DNA of 64,000 bases from a bacterium. Lineage in GTDB: Bacteria; Joyebacterota; Joyebacteria; Joyebacterales; Joyebacteraceae. Below, in pieces: positions 25,904 through 34,282 of this stretch. The DNA lies in the NCBI GenBank assembly GCA_029990205.1, contig JAPEKQ010000002.1, forward strand, positions 163,240 to 227,239, read 5' to 3'. The translations under genes and the position numbers were made by a program. Positions within the stretch are counted from its first letter, which is position 1, and every line of letters starts with the position of its first letter. The notes beneath the pieces were generated by a model. The model was not told where the DNA came from. It saw nothing but the letters and a program-made list of their open reading frames with translations, and did not search any database.

Positions 25904-27829
25904 CTAGTGCGCACCCGACTGGTCTTCGACGATGGTCAGCTGGATCTCGTGAACCCCGATGACGGGGCGATCGTGCTTGAACTCGTGCTGGTCGAGCACT
26001 GTCATCTCGGCCCGGTCGACGGTGCCGGTCCCGGCCCCCGCCGCCATCACGAGCGCCGCGCGTCCGGGGACCCCCGTGAGTTCACGCCCTCGATGAGAGA
26101 GCCCCGGCTCCCATGACAGGAGCTGGATGACGACCGTGTCCTCCGGACGGACATCCGTTATGGCCTCGACGATCTGTTCGTAGCTCCGGGGATAGGCGCC
26201 GGCCCCGAGTCGTTCGATCTCGAGCATGTGATAGTCGGAGGCTCCGGCCACTCGCAGCGCGACAGGCCCCGCCGCGGCCGAACTCGGCACCACCAGGTCG
26301 ACCACGCGCGTACTGCTCTCGTCCTGCCAGTCCCTGAGACCGATCCGGACGGCAACCGTGTCGCCGGGCGCGCACTCGGCGCGCTCCGCGGTCACGTGCT
26401 CGATGAACGACTGACGACGCCCGGAGTGAACGTCCACTTCGACGTCAACTCCGGTCAACTCACCGCGCCTGTACTCGTTGAGAACCAGTAGTTCGACGAT
26501 GGAGGCGACCTCTCCGCCGACGCGGTACGGAAGCCCCTCGGTGAAGAAGACGTTCTCGTAGGAGACCGGGCCGTCGCTGGTCTCGACCGTAACGCGCAGC
26601 GAAGCGGTCGCGGCTCCCGAGAGTCGCGCGGCTTCGGCAACGGCGTCAGAGAACGCCAGCCCCGTGAAGAGCGAGGAATAAGACGCGGAGCGAACGACGT
26701 TGAACGCGTATCGGGTCGGCGAGCCTCCGTCGACCGACACGCTCGCCGTCATCGGAAGCATGTCGGGAGCGTCTCCGAGACGGCCGGCCACAACCCTCTG
26801 GCGGTCCTGAAGGAAGGTCCCGACGGGGTCGGTCCCCGAGGCGAACTTGAACGAGACCGCAAGCGAGGGCATCGACGCGTGGACGCGGGCCGCGACCATC
26901 GGGAGTTCGACGGGTCCGGCGTTGAACATCGGATGCCCGAACGCGAGAATCCGGTCGCCGTCGCGATGCGTTACGGTGCCGACCGCGGTCATGTTGATGT
27001 CCCCCGAGACGAGCTGCGCTCCGATGGCGGAGCCCGGTTCCACAATGGGGGGATCGGAGCTGCGTCCGCCGCTGCCGGCGCCCGCCGCCGCGGATCGGCC
27101 GGAGGCCGCGCTCGAGGATCCGCCGCCCGACGAGGTCACCGGAGCGAATCCGAGAGGTTCGAGCAGATCGGACGCGCCGGCAAGGAATGCCCGGTCGGCC
27201 GACGGCACGAGCAGGGGTGTCAGCGCGGGCGTCGCGCCCTGGTCGACGGCCTGGGGCGTCCCTCGCGTTTCACCGGGCCGGGCGAGACGGACAACACCCG
27301 CGAGTTCGGCCAGTCGTCCGATGGGGGCCGCCGCCAGTTCGCCCGCGGTCACCCGGTCGAACGCGCCCGCATACGACACGCCGGGATCGCCGGCGTCGCT
27401 TGTCTCCCGGTCGAGAACGTCGTAGGCGCGGAGCATCTCCTCGATCGGCGTGATCCCCGCGATGGGCTCCCGACTGAACGCCCATGACATGGCGATCGCG
27501 CCCACGAGACGACCGTCAAGATAGACAGGGCTCCCGCTCATCCCCTGCATGATCCCCGTGCGCTCGACGAGATCTCCGGACGCGCGTCCGAGGATGAGAT
27601 CGCCCCCCGGATGGTGACCCGGAACGACATCGATGATCTCGATGTCGAACTCCTCGATCTCCGTTCCGTTGAAGACCGTGCGCGCGATGCAGAGATCGCC
27701 GGGCATGAGCTCATCGATCGGGAGGATGTCGGTCCCGGTCGCCGGACCGGCGGCGACGATCAGCGCCAGCGCGGCGAGAAACCCGATCGTCGACAGGTTC
27801 GTGCGGCCGGTCGAGGTGGCACGCCTCAT
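25904..27829 (-). CDS. SpoIVB-like peptidase S55 domain protein (secreted serine peptidase)
   Basis: GIMQGMSGSPVYLDGRLVGAI resembles the SpoIVB/S55 catalytic serine motif; N-terminal signal anchor. ATG at 27829 after GGGAG. The track ORF is over-extended to 27967. Confidence 0.75.
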   Translation of the reverse strand: MRRATSTGRTNLSTIGFLAALALIVAAGPATGTDILPIDELMPGDLCIARTVFNGTEIEEFDIEIIDVVPGHHPGGDLILGRASGDLVERTGIMQGMSGSPVYLDGRLVGAIAMSWAFSREPIAGITPIEEMLRAYDVLDRETSDAGDPGVSYAGAFDRVTAGELAAAPIGRLAELAGVVRLARPGETRGTPQAVDQGATPALTPLLVPSADRAFLAGASDLLEPLGFAPVTSSGGGSSSAASGRSAAAGAGSGGRSSDPPIVEPGSAIGAQLVSGDINMTAVGTVTHRDGDRILAFGHPMFNAGPVELPMVAARVHASMPSLAVSFKFASGTDPVGTFLQDRQRVVAGRLGDAPDMLPMTASVSVDGGSPTRYAFNVVRSASYSSLFTGLAFSDAVAEAARLSGAATASLRVTVETSDGPVSYENVFFTEGLPYRVGGEVASIVELLVLNEYRRGELTGVDVEVDVHSGRRQSFIEHVTAERAECAPGDTVAVRIGLRDWQDESSTRVVDLVVPSSAAAGPVALRVAGASDYHMLEIERLGAGAYPRSYEQIVEAITDVRPEDTVVIQLLSWEPGLSHRGRELTGVPGRAALVMAAGAGTGTVDRAEMTVLDQHEFKHDRPVIGVHEIQLTIVEDQSGAH

Positions 27830-27908
27830 GAAGTGACTCCCGCGCGCGTGGCGCGCCGTACAGGTCTCAAGTGGTTTCGATGAAGTGTCCCCGATGCGGT
27901 GAGGCGTG

Positions 27909-28649
27909 TCAAGGAGTCGGCCCGCGATGCGACCGGATCCCGCCGGTGACCCCGCTCTCAACGTCATAGAGACGAAAGCGGACCGGCTGGTCTCCCAGGA
28001 AATCGACGGCCTCGCCGTCCTCGCGGTACGGCACGTACCGCCACCGGTAGATGGCCCGTCGGGCGGCCTGCTCGCACGCGCGGTCGACTTCCGAGCTCAA
28101 CAGCCAGACGTTGGCAACCTCGCCCGTCTTCGTGACGTGCAGTCGGAAGACGACGACGCCCTCCACGCCGGCGGCTTTCGACGACGCCGGGTACCTCGGT
28201 TTCACGAGGTGCGAGACGATCATCTCCTGACTCCTCGGCTGTGGAAGCGCCATCTCGAGCTCGCGGAGCACGTCGAGCCCGTCCTCGGCGATCTCGTCCG
28301 TCTCATCACCGACCTCGCTTGTCTCGGCCTCTCCCTCGGGAACCTCCCAGTCGGTGATCGTGATCGGCACGACACGAAACACGTTCTGACCACCCTCCCC
28401 ACGGGCTATCTGGAGCTCGCGGTCGCTGGGACCAACGTCACGGATGACCGAGATCTCCGGCAGGATGTGCGTGGGACCGCGATAACCGATGTTGCGGACG
28501 ATCGGAATGCTGTCGCGGAAGGGCGCCACGATGAGTATCGCGGCGATGTGCCCGACGACGGACAGCGCCAGCGCGACGAGGACGCGCGACCGGTAGCCCC
28601 TGTCGCGGGACAGGCGAAACGCCTTGGAGGAGTCTGTGTAGGGAGCCAT
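27909..28649 (-). CDS. TonB-family energy transducer
   Basis: N-terminal TM anchor, acidic linker, and a C-terminal TonB domain (KPRYPASSKAAGVEGVVVFRLHVTKTGEV...AARRAIYRWRYVP). Confidence 0.8.
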   Translation of the reverse strand: MAPYTDSSKAFRLSRDRGYRSRVLVALALSVVGHIAAILIVAPFRDSIPIVRNIGYRGPTHILPEISVIRDVGPSDRELQIARGEGGQNVFRVVPITITDWEVPEGEAETSEVGDETDEIAEDGLDVLRELEMALPQPRSQEMIVSHLVKPRYPASSKAAGVEGVVVFRLHVTKTGEVANVWLLSSEVDRACEQAARRAIYRWRYVPYREDGEAVDFLGDQPVRFRLYDVESGVTGGIRSHRGPTP

Positions 28650-28681
28650 CAGCCGCTCGTTTCAGGGGGGCGAGGCAGCTG

Positions 28682-29893
28682 TCAGAATTCATATCCCTTC
28701 GGGATGACGACAATGCCGCTGGGTGTGGTGACGAAGCGCTTCGCGTCCTCTTCCGGGTCGTACCCGATCTGTGTCTTCGGCGGAATGCAGACGCCCTTGT
28801 CGACGACCACGCGCCTGAGCTTCGCGTACCTGCCGACGTCCACGTCCTCCATCAGGATCGACTCGAAAGCGTAGCTGTAGCTGTTCGTGCGGACGCCCGG
28901 CGAGAGAACACACCGCTGGATGCGACCGCCGGAGATAACGCAGCCGGTCGACACGATCGAGTCGACGGCGATTCCCGTCCTGTGCTCGCCCTGGCCGCCG
29001 CCGAAGACGAACTTCGCAGGCGCGTACATACCCTGGTTCGTGTGGACGGGCCACTTGGGATCGTAGAGGCTCAGCCTTGGCGTGACCTCTACGAGATCCA
29101 TGTTCGCTTCCCAGTAGGCGTCGATCGTCCCGACGTCCCGCCAGTAGCCGGGGTCATCCTGACTCCCGAAGACGAACGCGCGGACGTCGTACCCCTCGCG
29201 GATCATGCGCGGGATGATATCGCTGCCGAAATCGAACTCGCCCTGCGCGGTCGCCTCTCTGAGCACGTCCACCATCCGTGGAGTCGAGAACACGTAGATG
29301 CCCATCGACGCGAGTACGCGGTCCGGTCTCCCGGGCATCGTCTTCGGGTGCTCGGGCTTCTCCTGGAACCCGCGGACGACGAGGTTCTCGTCCACCTCGG
29401 TGATCCCGAGACCGCCCGCCTCGGCCACCGACCGCGCCTGGACACAGATCGTCAGGTCGGCCCCGGCCGTACCGTGATAGGCCAACAGCGGCTTGTAGTT
29501 CATCGCATAGATGTGGTCGCCGGACAGCACGAGCGTGAAACGCGAGGGCACCGTCTCCAGCAGATGTGTGTTCTGCCAGATGGCGTCTGCCGTCCCACGG
29601 TACCAGTCCTCGCCCAGTCGCTGCTGCGCTGGAACGTTCTCGATGAACTCGTCCATCCAGTGACTCAGGAAGCCCCATCCTCTCCTCAGGTGTCGCGCAA
29701 GAGAGCGGGACTTGTACTGCGTCAGCACGAACACGCGCCGCAGATCGGAGTTCAGACAGTTGGAGAGACTGAAGTCAATGATGCGGTAGATGCCACCGAA
29801 CGGAACGGCCGGCTTCGCCCGGTCACGAGTGAGCGGCGCAAGGCGCTCTCCCTTGCCGCCGGCAAGCAGCATCACAACGGTCTCTCTGTTCAT
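28682..29893 (-). CDS. glgC: Glucose-1-phosphate adenylyltransferase
   Basis: LLAGGKGERLAPLTRDRAKPAVPFGGIYRIIDFSLSNCLNS plus a C-terminal left-handed beta-helix region. ATG at 29893 after GGAGG. Confidence 0.93.
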   Translation of the reverse strand: MNRETVVMLLAGGKGERLAPLTRDRAKPAVPFGGIYRIIDFSLSNCLNSDLRRVFVLTQYKSRSLARHLRRGWGFLSHWMDEFIENVPAQQRLGEDWYRGTADAIWQNTHLLETVPSRFTLVLSGDHIYAMNYKPLLAYHGTAGADLTICVQARSVAEAGGLGITEVDENLVVRGFQEKPEHPKTMPGRPDRVLASMGIYVFSTPRMVDVLREATAQGEFDFGSDIIPRMIREGYDVRAFVFGSQDDPGYWRDVGTIDAYWEANMDLVEVTPRLSLYDPKWPVHTNQGMYAPAKFVFGGGQGEHRTGIAVDSIVSTGCVISGGRIQRCVLSPGVRTNSYSYAFESILMEDVDVGRYAKLRRVVVDKGVCIPPKTQIGYDPEEDAKRFVTTPSGIVVIPKGYEF

Positions 29894-30076
29894 CCAACCT
29901 CCGGGACGAGTGCCTGAACTCGGCCTACGAAGCCCGGCAGAGCCGGACTTCGCAGGCTGGGCGGTTCCGCAAGCGGAACAGCGAACTCTCACCAGGGCCC
30001 GGCGAAGCCAGACCCTCTCGTTGCACAGCAGTTCTGCGCAGCAGAGCTGCCTCTGCGTTTCGAACAGGGTCCTTCA

Positions 30077-30451
30077 TCATTCGAAACGCACCATGTCCCC
30101 CGCGTCGAACCCGCTGCCGGACACGACGCTGCAGATCGAGTACTTCTCCTTGATGTCCGAGGCCTTGATGACGCCGATCTTCTCCTCCTCGGCACCGAGG
30201 TCCAGACCGGTGACCGGGTCGACCAGCGCCTCGCCCATCCGGTAGACGTTGAACTCCATCCCCGCCGCGATCCCCGTCGTCTGTCCGGCGTTGAGGTAGA
30301 TCTTGTCGCCGGACGCCTTGACCACACGACCGGTCCACGGAACGTCCTCGAGGGTCTCGGTGATCTCCTCGACCAGAGCGTCGATCGCTTCACGCGTGGC
30401 CTTGCCGACGAGTGTCTCGTCGAACTTGCCGTCGTGGCCGAACGAGAAGTC
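30077..30451 (-). pseudogene. In-frame continuation of the CsgG-like gene (end of the CsgG fold + FlgT_C-like beta domain) downstream of the TAG
   Basis: Same frame as 30452-31009 (offset 375 nt = 125 codons), with no further stop. The translation DFSFGHDGKFDETLVGKATREAIDALVEEI...GRVVKASGDKIYLNAGQ... completes the CsgG domain. The track ORF 30077-30325 is its tail. Confidence 0.6.
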
Positions 30452-31009
30452 CTAGGTGCTCAGCTTGAGCCCCATCTGGGTCCGGTCGGCGTCGGCGGTG
30501 TGCGCGAGGAGGATCTCACCGGTCGTCGTGTCAATGATCCGGACGTCGATGGCCACGCGAGCCGTCGTCTTCGAGAACCCGCCGCGGCCGAGCCCCGGGA
30601 TGCCCCCGCCGGTGTCGGACTCCATGTACCCGAACTCGGTCACCGAACCATAGACGATGGCCGCGACTCCGAGCAGCTTGCCGAGCTGCGGCGCGGTCTG
30701 CTCCGTCACGCGTCCCGACTGCCCGAAGTTCTGCTCGGCCAGCACGTGGTCGAGCTGCTCGCGCTCCATCACGCTGAACTCGCCCGACTGCACCAGCGCC
30801 GTCGTCAGCATGTCGGACATGCCACCGCCGGGATTGGGTCCGGTCCAGTGCCAACGGCTGCGATCGCTCTTGTCCTCGAACTCGACGACCGCGATCATCT
30901 TCTTGAGCCCCTTCGGGCCATCGTCCTTCGCAACGGCGACGGTCGACACCGCTGCCGAGATCATGACGATCGCGAGAATGGCAAGGACTGTCTTCACACG
31001 TGTACTCAT
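30452..31009 (-). CDS. CsgG-family (curli-type secretion channel-like) protein, N-terminal fragment ending at an in-frame TAG
   Basis: Signal peptide plus a CsgG-like core (IAVVEFEDKS..., MLTTALVQSGEFSVMEREQLDHVLAEQNF, AAIVYGSVTEF, RVAIDVRIIDTTTGEIL). The stop is TAG at 30454-30452. Confidence 0.75.
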   Translation of the reverse strand: MSTRVKTVLAILAIVMISAAVSTVAVAKDDGPKGLKKMIAVVEFEDKSDRSRWHWTGPNPGGGMSDMLTTALVQSGEFSVMEREQLDHVLAEQNFGQSGRVTEQTAPQLGKLLGVAAIVYGSVTEFGYMESDTGGGIPGLGRGGFSKTTARVAIDVRIIDTTTGEILLAHTADADRTQMGLKLST

Positions 31010-31316
31010 CGCTCGATCCCCCCGGGCCTGAGCCCTCCGGTCGACTTGCCGCACCGTCCGCCGAACGCAGAGAGACGCGTGCGCGTCTCATGGCTGACGG
31101 CGCTACCTCTGACACATTCGCATCATTCTTATGTGGGGGGAACGGCAGTGTCAAGGATGAGCTTGCACGCGCACCGGCTCTCATCCATATCTGACATCCC
31201 CGGAGGCTTTCCGGTTGACTCGGCCCGAGACGCGGGAGCACAATGAGCCGACTCCAGCGCCTTTCCCCCCCGATCGGCCGGACCCGCACGGGAAGCCCCC
31301 CGGAAGGGGTCACTTC

Positions 31317-32573
31317 ATGACCAGACAAGCCATGCCGAAGATGAAGCCGCACACCGCGCAGCTCGCTTGCGCGCTCCTGCTCGCATGCTCGTGCGCCTGC
31401 GCCGCGGCGCCCGGGCCTCCACCGGCGCCCGCGAGCTGGGGAGACCAGCCCACCCGCCTCAGCACGACCGTGCTCTGGTCGGACGACATGGAGAGCGGCA
31501 CGAACGGCTGGACACACCGGGACCACGGATGGGGTATCGAGCCGCACTTCCACACCGACTCGTACATGGCGTTCGACGGGGGGCACAGCTGGTGGTGCGG
31601 GAGTTTCGAGTTCGACGCGGACGGCGGCTACGGCAACGGATGGGACGACCGCCTCGAACTGCCGCCCGTCGACGTGTCGGGCGCGTCGTATCCGGTCCTG
31701 ACGTTCGCGCACTACTTCCACAGCGAGCCCCAGCGAGACGCCACGGTCATTCAGGCGATGCGCGGCGGCGTCCTCGACGACCTCAACGCCGGGTTCACCG
31801 GGTTCATCCCGGGCGGCGACTGGATCGACCTCGGAACCTACGGCTACGTCCTGGACGATCTCGACAATCCGCTCGAGATCAGGTTCCGCTTCACCTCGGA
31901 CGGGACGAACTCGGATGAGGACGGCGGATTCGACTCCGTCGGCGGCGGCTACATGGTCGACAACATCAGGGTCTTCGACTTCTACGGGGGCGAGGTGTTC
32001 TTCCTCGATGACTCGGAGAACGGGGGGCTGTGCAACCCGAACGTCCAGGATCTCGCGGGCGACCACTGGCACATCGTGGAGCGTCCGTGCGCGGCGACGA
32101 GCGGCACACGCGTCTGGTGGTGCGGGGACGACGCGGACACATCGCACGTGCCCGGACGTCTCGACAACTGGCTCATCTCCCCGCCCGTCGACATCGGCCA
32201 GCTCGACCCCGGGACACCCTGCACGCTCCGATACATGCTCCACGGTGAGGTGCCGACGGTCGACAACGACTACTGGACCGTCTACGCCTCGACCGACCAC
32301 GGTGTGACGTGGTACCAGCTCGGTGCATGGTGGGGCGACGCCGGGGCGTGTTCCGGTTGGAGCCAGGCCGGGATCGACGGGCTCCCGCTGACCCATCTGC
32401 TCCCGGGGACATCGTTCCGCGCCCTGTTCCGCTTCTTGACAACCGAGGATGGATGTGGCCCCGGCATCGCCGGCGGAGCGGGGATCACACTGGATGATGT
32501 CTCACTCGTCGCCGGCGTCTCGGCGGTCGAGCCCACCAGCTGGGGGCGCATCAAGGCCGTCTACCGCCGCTGA
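31317..32573 (+). CDS. Secreted (lipobox-like LLAC) double jelly-roll/MAM-like protein, paralog 1, ends SWGRIKAVYRR
   Basis: ATG at 31317 after GGAAGGGG. Two internal homologous halves (DDMESGTNGW... and DDSENGG...HWHI...WWCGDD). Collinear with the next gene. Confidence 0.8.
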   Translation: MTRQAMPKMKPHTAQLACALLLACSCACAAAPGPPPAPASWGDQPTRLSTTVLWSDDMESGTNGWTHRDHGWGIEPHFHTDSYMAFDGGHSWWCGSFEFDADGGYGNGWDDRLELPPVDVSGASYPVLTFAHYFHSEPQRDATVIQAMRGGVLDDLNAGFTGFIPGGDWIDLGTYGYVLDDLDNPLEIRFRFTSDGTNSDEDGGFDSVGGGYMVDNIRVFDFYGGEVFFLDDSENGGLCNPNVQDLAGDHWHIVERPCAATSGTRVWWCGDDADTSHVPGRLDNWLISPPVDIGQLDPGTPCTLRYMLHGEVPTVDNDYWTVYASTDHGVTWYQLGAWWGDAGACSGWSQAGIDGLPLTHLLPGTSFRALFRFLTTEDGCGPGIAGGAGITLDDVSLVAGVSAVEPTSWGRIKAVYRR

Positions 32574-32649
32574 CGGGGACGCGCATGCAACATGTTGTCG
32601 CGCATGACATTGCGCCACCCGACCCGAGACCGGCAGCCCTGTTTTCGTG

Positions 32650-32678
32650 TTGACAGCGGGGGGCAGGGTGCAGAGAAT
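32650..32678 (+). promoter_or_regulatory. Candidate sigma70-type promoter for paralog 2
   Basis: TTGACA (32650-32655), 17-nt spacer, GAGAAT (32673-32678), 77 nt upstream of the ATG at 32755. Confidence 0.4.
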
Positions 32679-32754
32679 GACGCGACGAGAACATAGTCGC
32701 CCCAGGGGGCCAGACGGAAGGGGCGACACGGGCTGTATTCACGGGAGGTACACA

Positions 32755-33987
32755 ATGGGACTCCTGCGTACACTGTCTCTCTGCGCGGTCGTCTGTGCCG
32801 CGCTCATCCTCTGCGCCGCCTCGGCTGTCGCGAAGTCGCCTGACACCACTCCATCGGTTCTCACCGACCACGTGCCCATGCCGCGCGCCACGGTCATATG
32901 GTATGACGACATGGAGAGCGGCACCAACGGCTGGACCACCGTGGACCACACGGTGGGAGCCACGCCGAACTTCCACGTCGACACCTACATGGCCAACTAC
33001 GGCACCTACCACTACTGGTGCGGCACATTCGCGTACGACGCCGACGGTGGGTACGGCAACGCCTGGGACGACCGCCTCGACATTCCATCGACGGACCTGA
33101 CGGGGACGTACTACCCGGTACTGACGTTCGCCTACCGCTACGACTCGGAAGCCAACTACGACTTCACGTACGTTCAGGCGAAGAGCACGGGTGTCTTCAA
33201 GAGCATGAATGCCGGATACGACGGCACGAGCGGCGGATGGCAGGACCTCGGGACGTACGGGTTCGTGCTTGGCGCATATGACAACCCGTTCGTCGGTCGC
33301 TTCCGATTCATCTCCGATGGCGCCTGGTCCGATGAGGACGGTAACTACGCGTCGGTCGGCGGCGCGTTCATGGTCGACAATATCAAGATCTTCGACTTCT
33401 ACGGGGGGGCCGAGTACTTCTTCGACGACGTCGAGGACGGTGTCGGGCTCTGCACGCCATCCGTGATCGGTGCGGTCGGAGACTACTGGCACATCATCGA
33501 CCGGATGTGTCCGGCGTACTCGGATCCGCACAGCTGGTGGTGTGGCGACGACGCGGACACCTCGCTCATTCCCGCGGGAGTCTCCAACTCTCTGATCACG
33601 CCGATGATCAGCCTCTACTCCCTCACCGGGACATCGACGTGCACGCTGCGCTACGCGATGCACATGGAGGTCCCGACCGTGGACAGCGACGGCGTCAACG
33701 AGTTCCTCTCCACCGACGGGACGACGTGGTACCAGCTGGGTTCGTGGTGGGGTGACTTCGAGCAGTGCAACGGATGGGCCTCATCAGGACTCGACGGCAT
33801 CGATGTGACCCCGTTCCTCCCGGCGAGCAATCTGTGGTATCGCTTCCAGTTCACCACGACCGACAACGGCTGCGGCCCCGGTGTCGCGGGCGGCGCCGGC
33901 ATCATGGTCGACGACCTCTGGGTCGAGGCGACCGACACACCTGTCGAGCAGTCGAGCTGGGGCAGCATCAAGGCATTCTACCGGTAG
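32755..33987 (+). CDS. Secreted double jelly-roll/MAM-like protein, paralog 2, ends SWGSIKAFYR
   Basis: ATG at 32755 after GGGAGG; signal peptide. By eye, roughly half of its positions are identical to paralog 1 over the full length. Confidence 0.8.
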   Translation: MGLLRTLSLCAVVCAALILCAASAVAKSPDTTPSVLTDHVPMPRATVIWYDDMESGTNGWTTVDHTVGATPNFHVDTYMANYGTYHYWCGTFAYDADGGYGNAWDDRLDIPSTDLTGTYYPVLTFAYRYDSEANYDFTYVQAKSTGVFKSMNAGYDGTSGGWQDLGTYGFVLGAYDNPFVGRFRFISDGAWSDEDGNYASVGGAFMVDNIKIFDFYGGAEYFFDDVEDGVGLCTPSVIGAVGDYWHIIDRMCPAYSDPHSWWCGDDADTSLIPAGVSNSLITPMISLYSLTGTSTCTLRYAMHMEVPTVDSDGVNEFLSTDGTTWYQLGSWWGDFEQCNGWASSGLDGIDVTPFLPASNLWYRFQFTTTDNGCGPGVAGGAGIMVDDLWVEATDTPVEQSSWGSIKAFYR

Positions 33988-34043
33988 CCGGTGAGACCCG
34001 CCCCTACGGGCGAAGTCACGCGACACAGTGAGAATGGTTCATC

Positions 34044-34071
34044 AACGCCTCCGACCCCGGTCGGAGGCGTT
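34044..34071 (+). terminator. Intrinsic-terminator-like hairpin after paralog 2
   Basis: aacgcctccgac cccg gtcggaggcgtt forms a perfect 12-bp stem 57 nt after the stop; the trailing T-tract is weak. Confidence 0.55.
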
Positions 34072-34202
34072 GCTGCGTTCGGTCTCTCCGGGCATCCGAG
34101 GCACCGGATCGGCATCATATAGAGGGGCTGCACGACCGCGGCGCTCGCGGGGCGACATCACCGGCACTCTTCGCCCAATAGCGGTCGCGCCTTCATCAAT
34201 CC

Positions 34203-34231
34203 TTGACGAACGCCCGAAAGTAAGGTAAAAT
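34203..34231 (+). promoter_or_regulatory. Strong sigma70-type promoter for C25 peptidase 1
   Basis: TTGACG (34203-34208), 17-nt spacer, TAAAAT (34226-34231), inside a locally AT-rich island. GAGGGAGG SD before the ATG at 34283. Confidence 0.65.
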
Positions 34232-34282
34232 GTTATGTTAAGTACAGTTGCACTGATATCACACCCTCTGAGGGAGGACTCG

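Noticed and set aside
30452-30454. TAG reassignment (pyrrolysine or an alternative genetic code) as the explanation for the in-frame stop in the CsgG-like gene.
   Set aside because: TAG terminates several well-supported neighbouring genes at sensible positions. No pyl genes or PYLIS-like context are visible. A nonsense mutation or a sequence error is more parsimonious.
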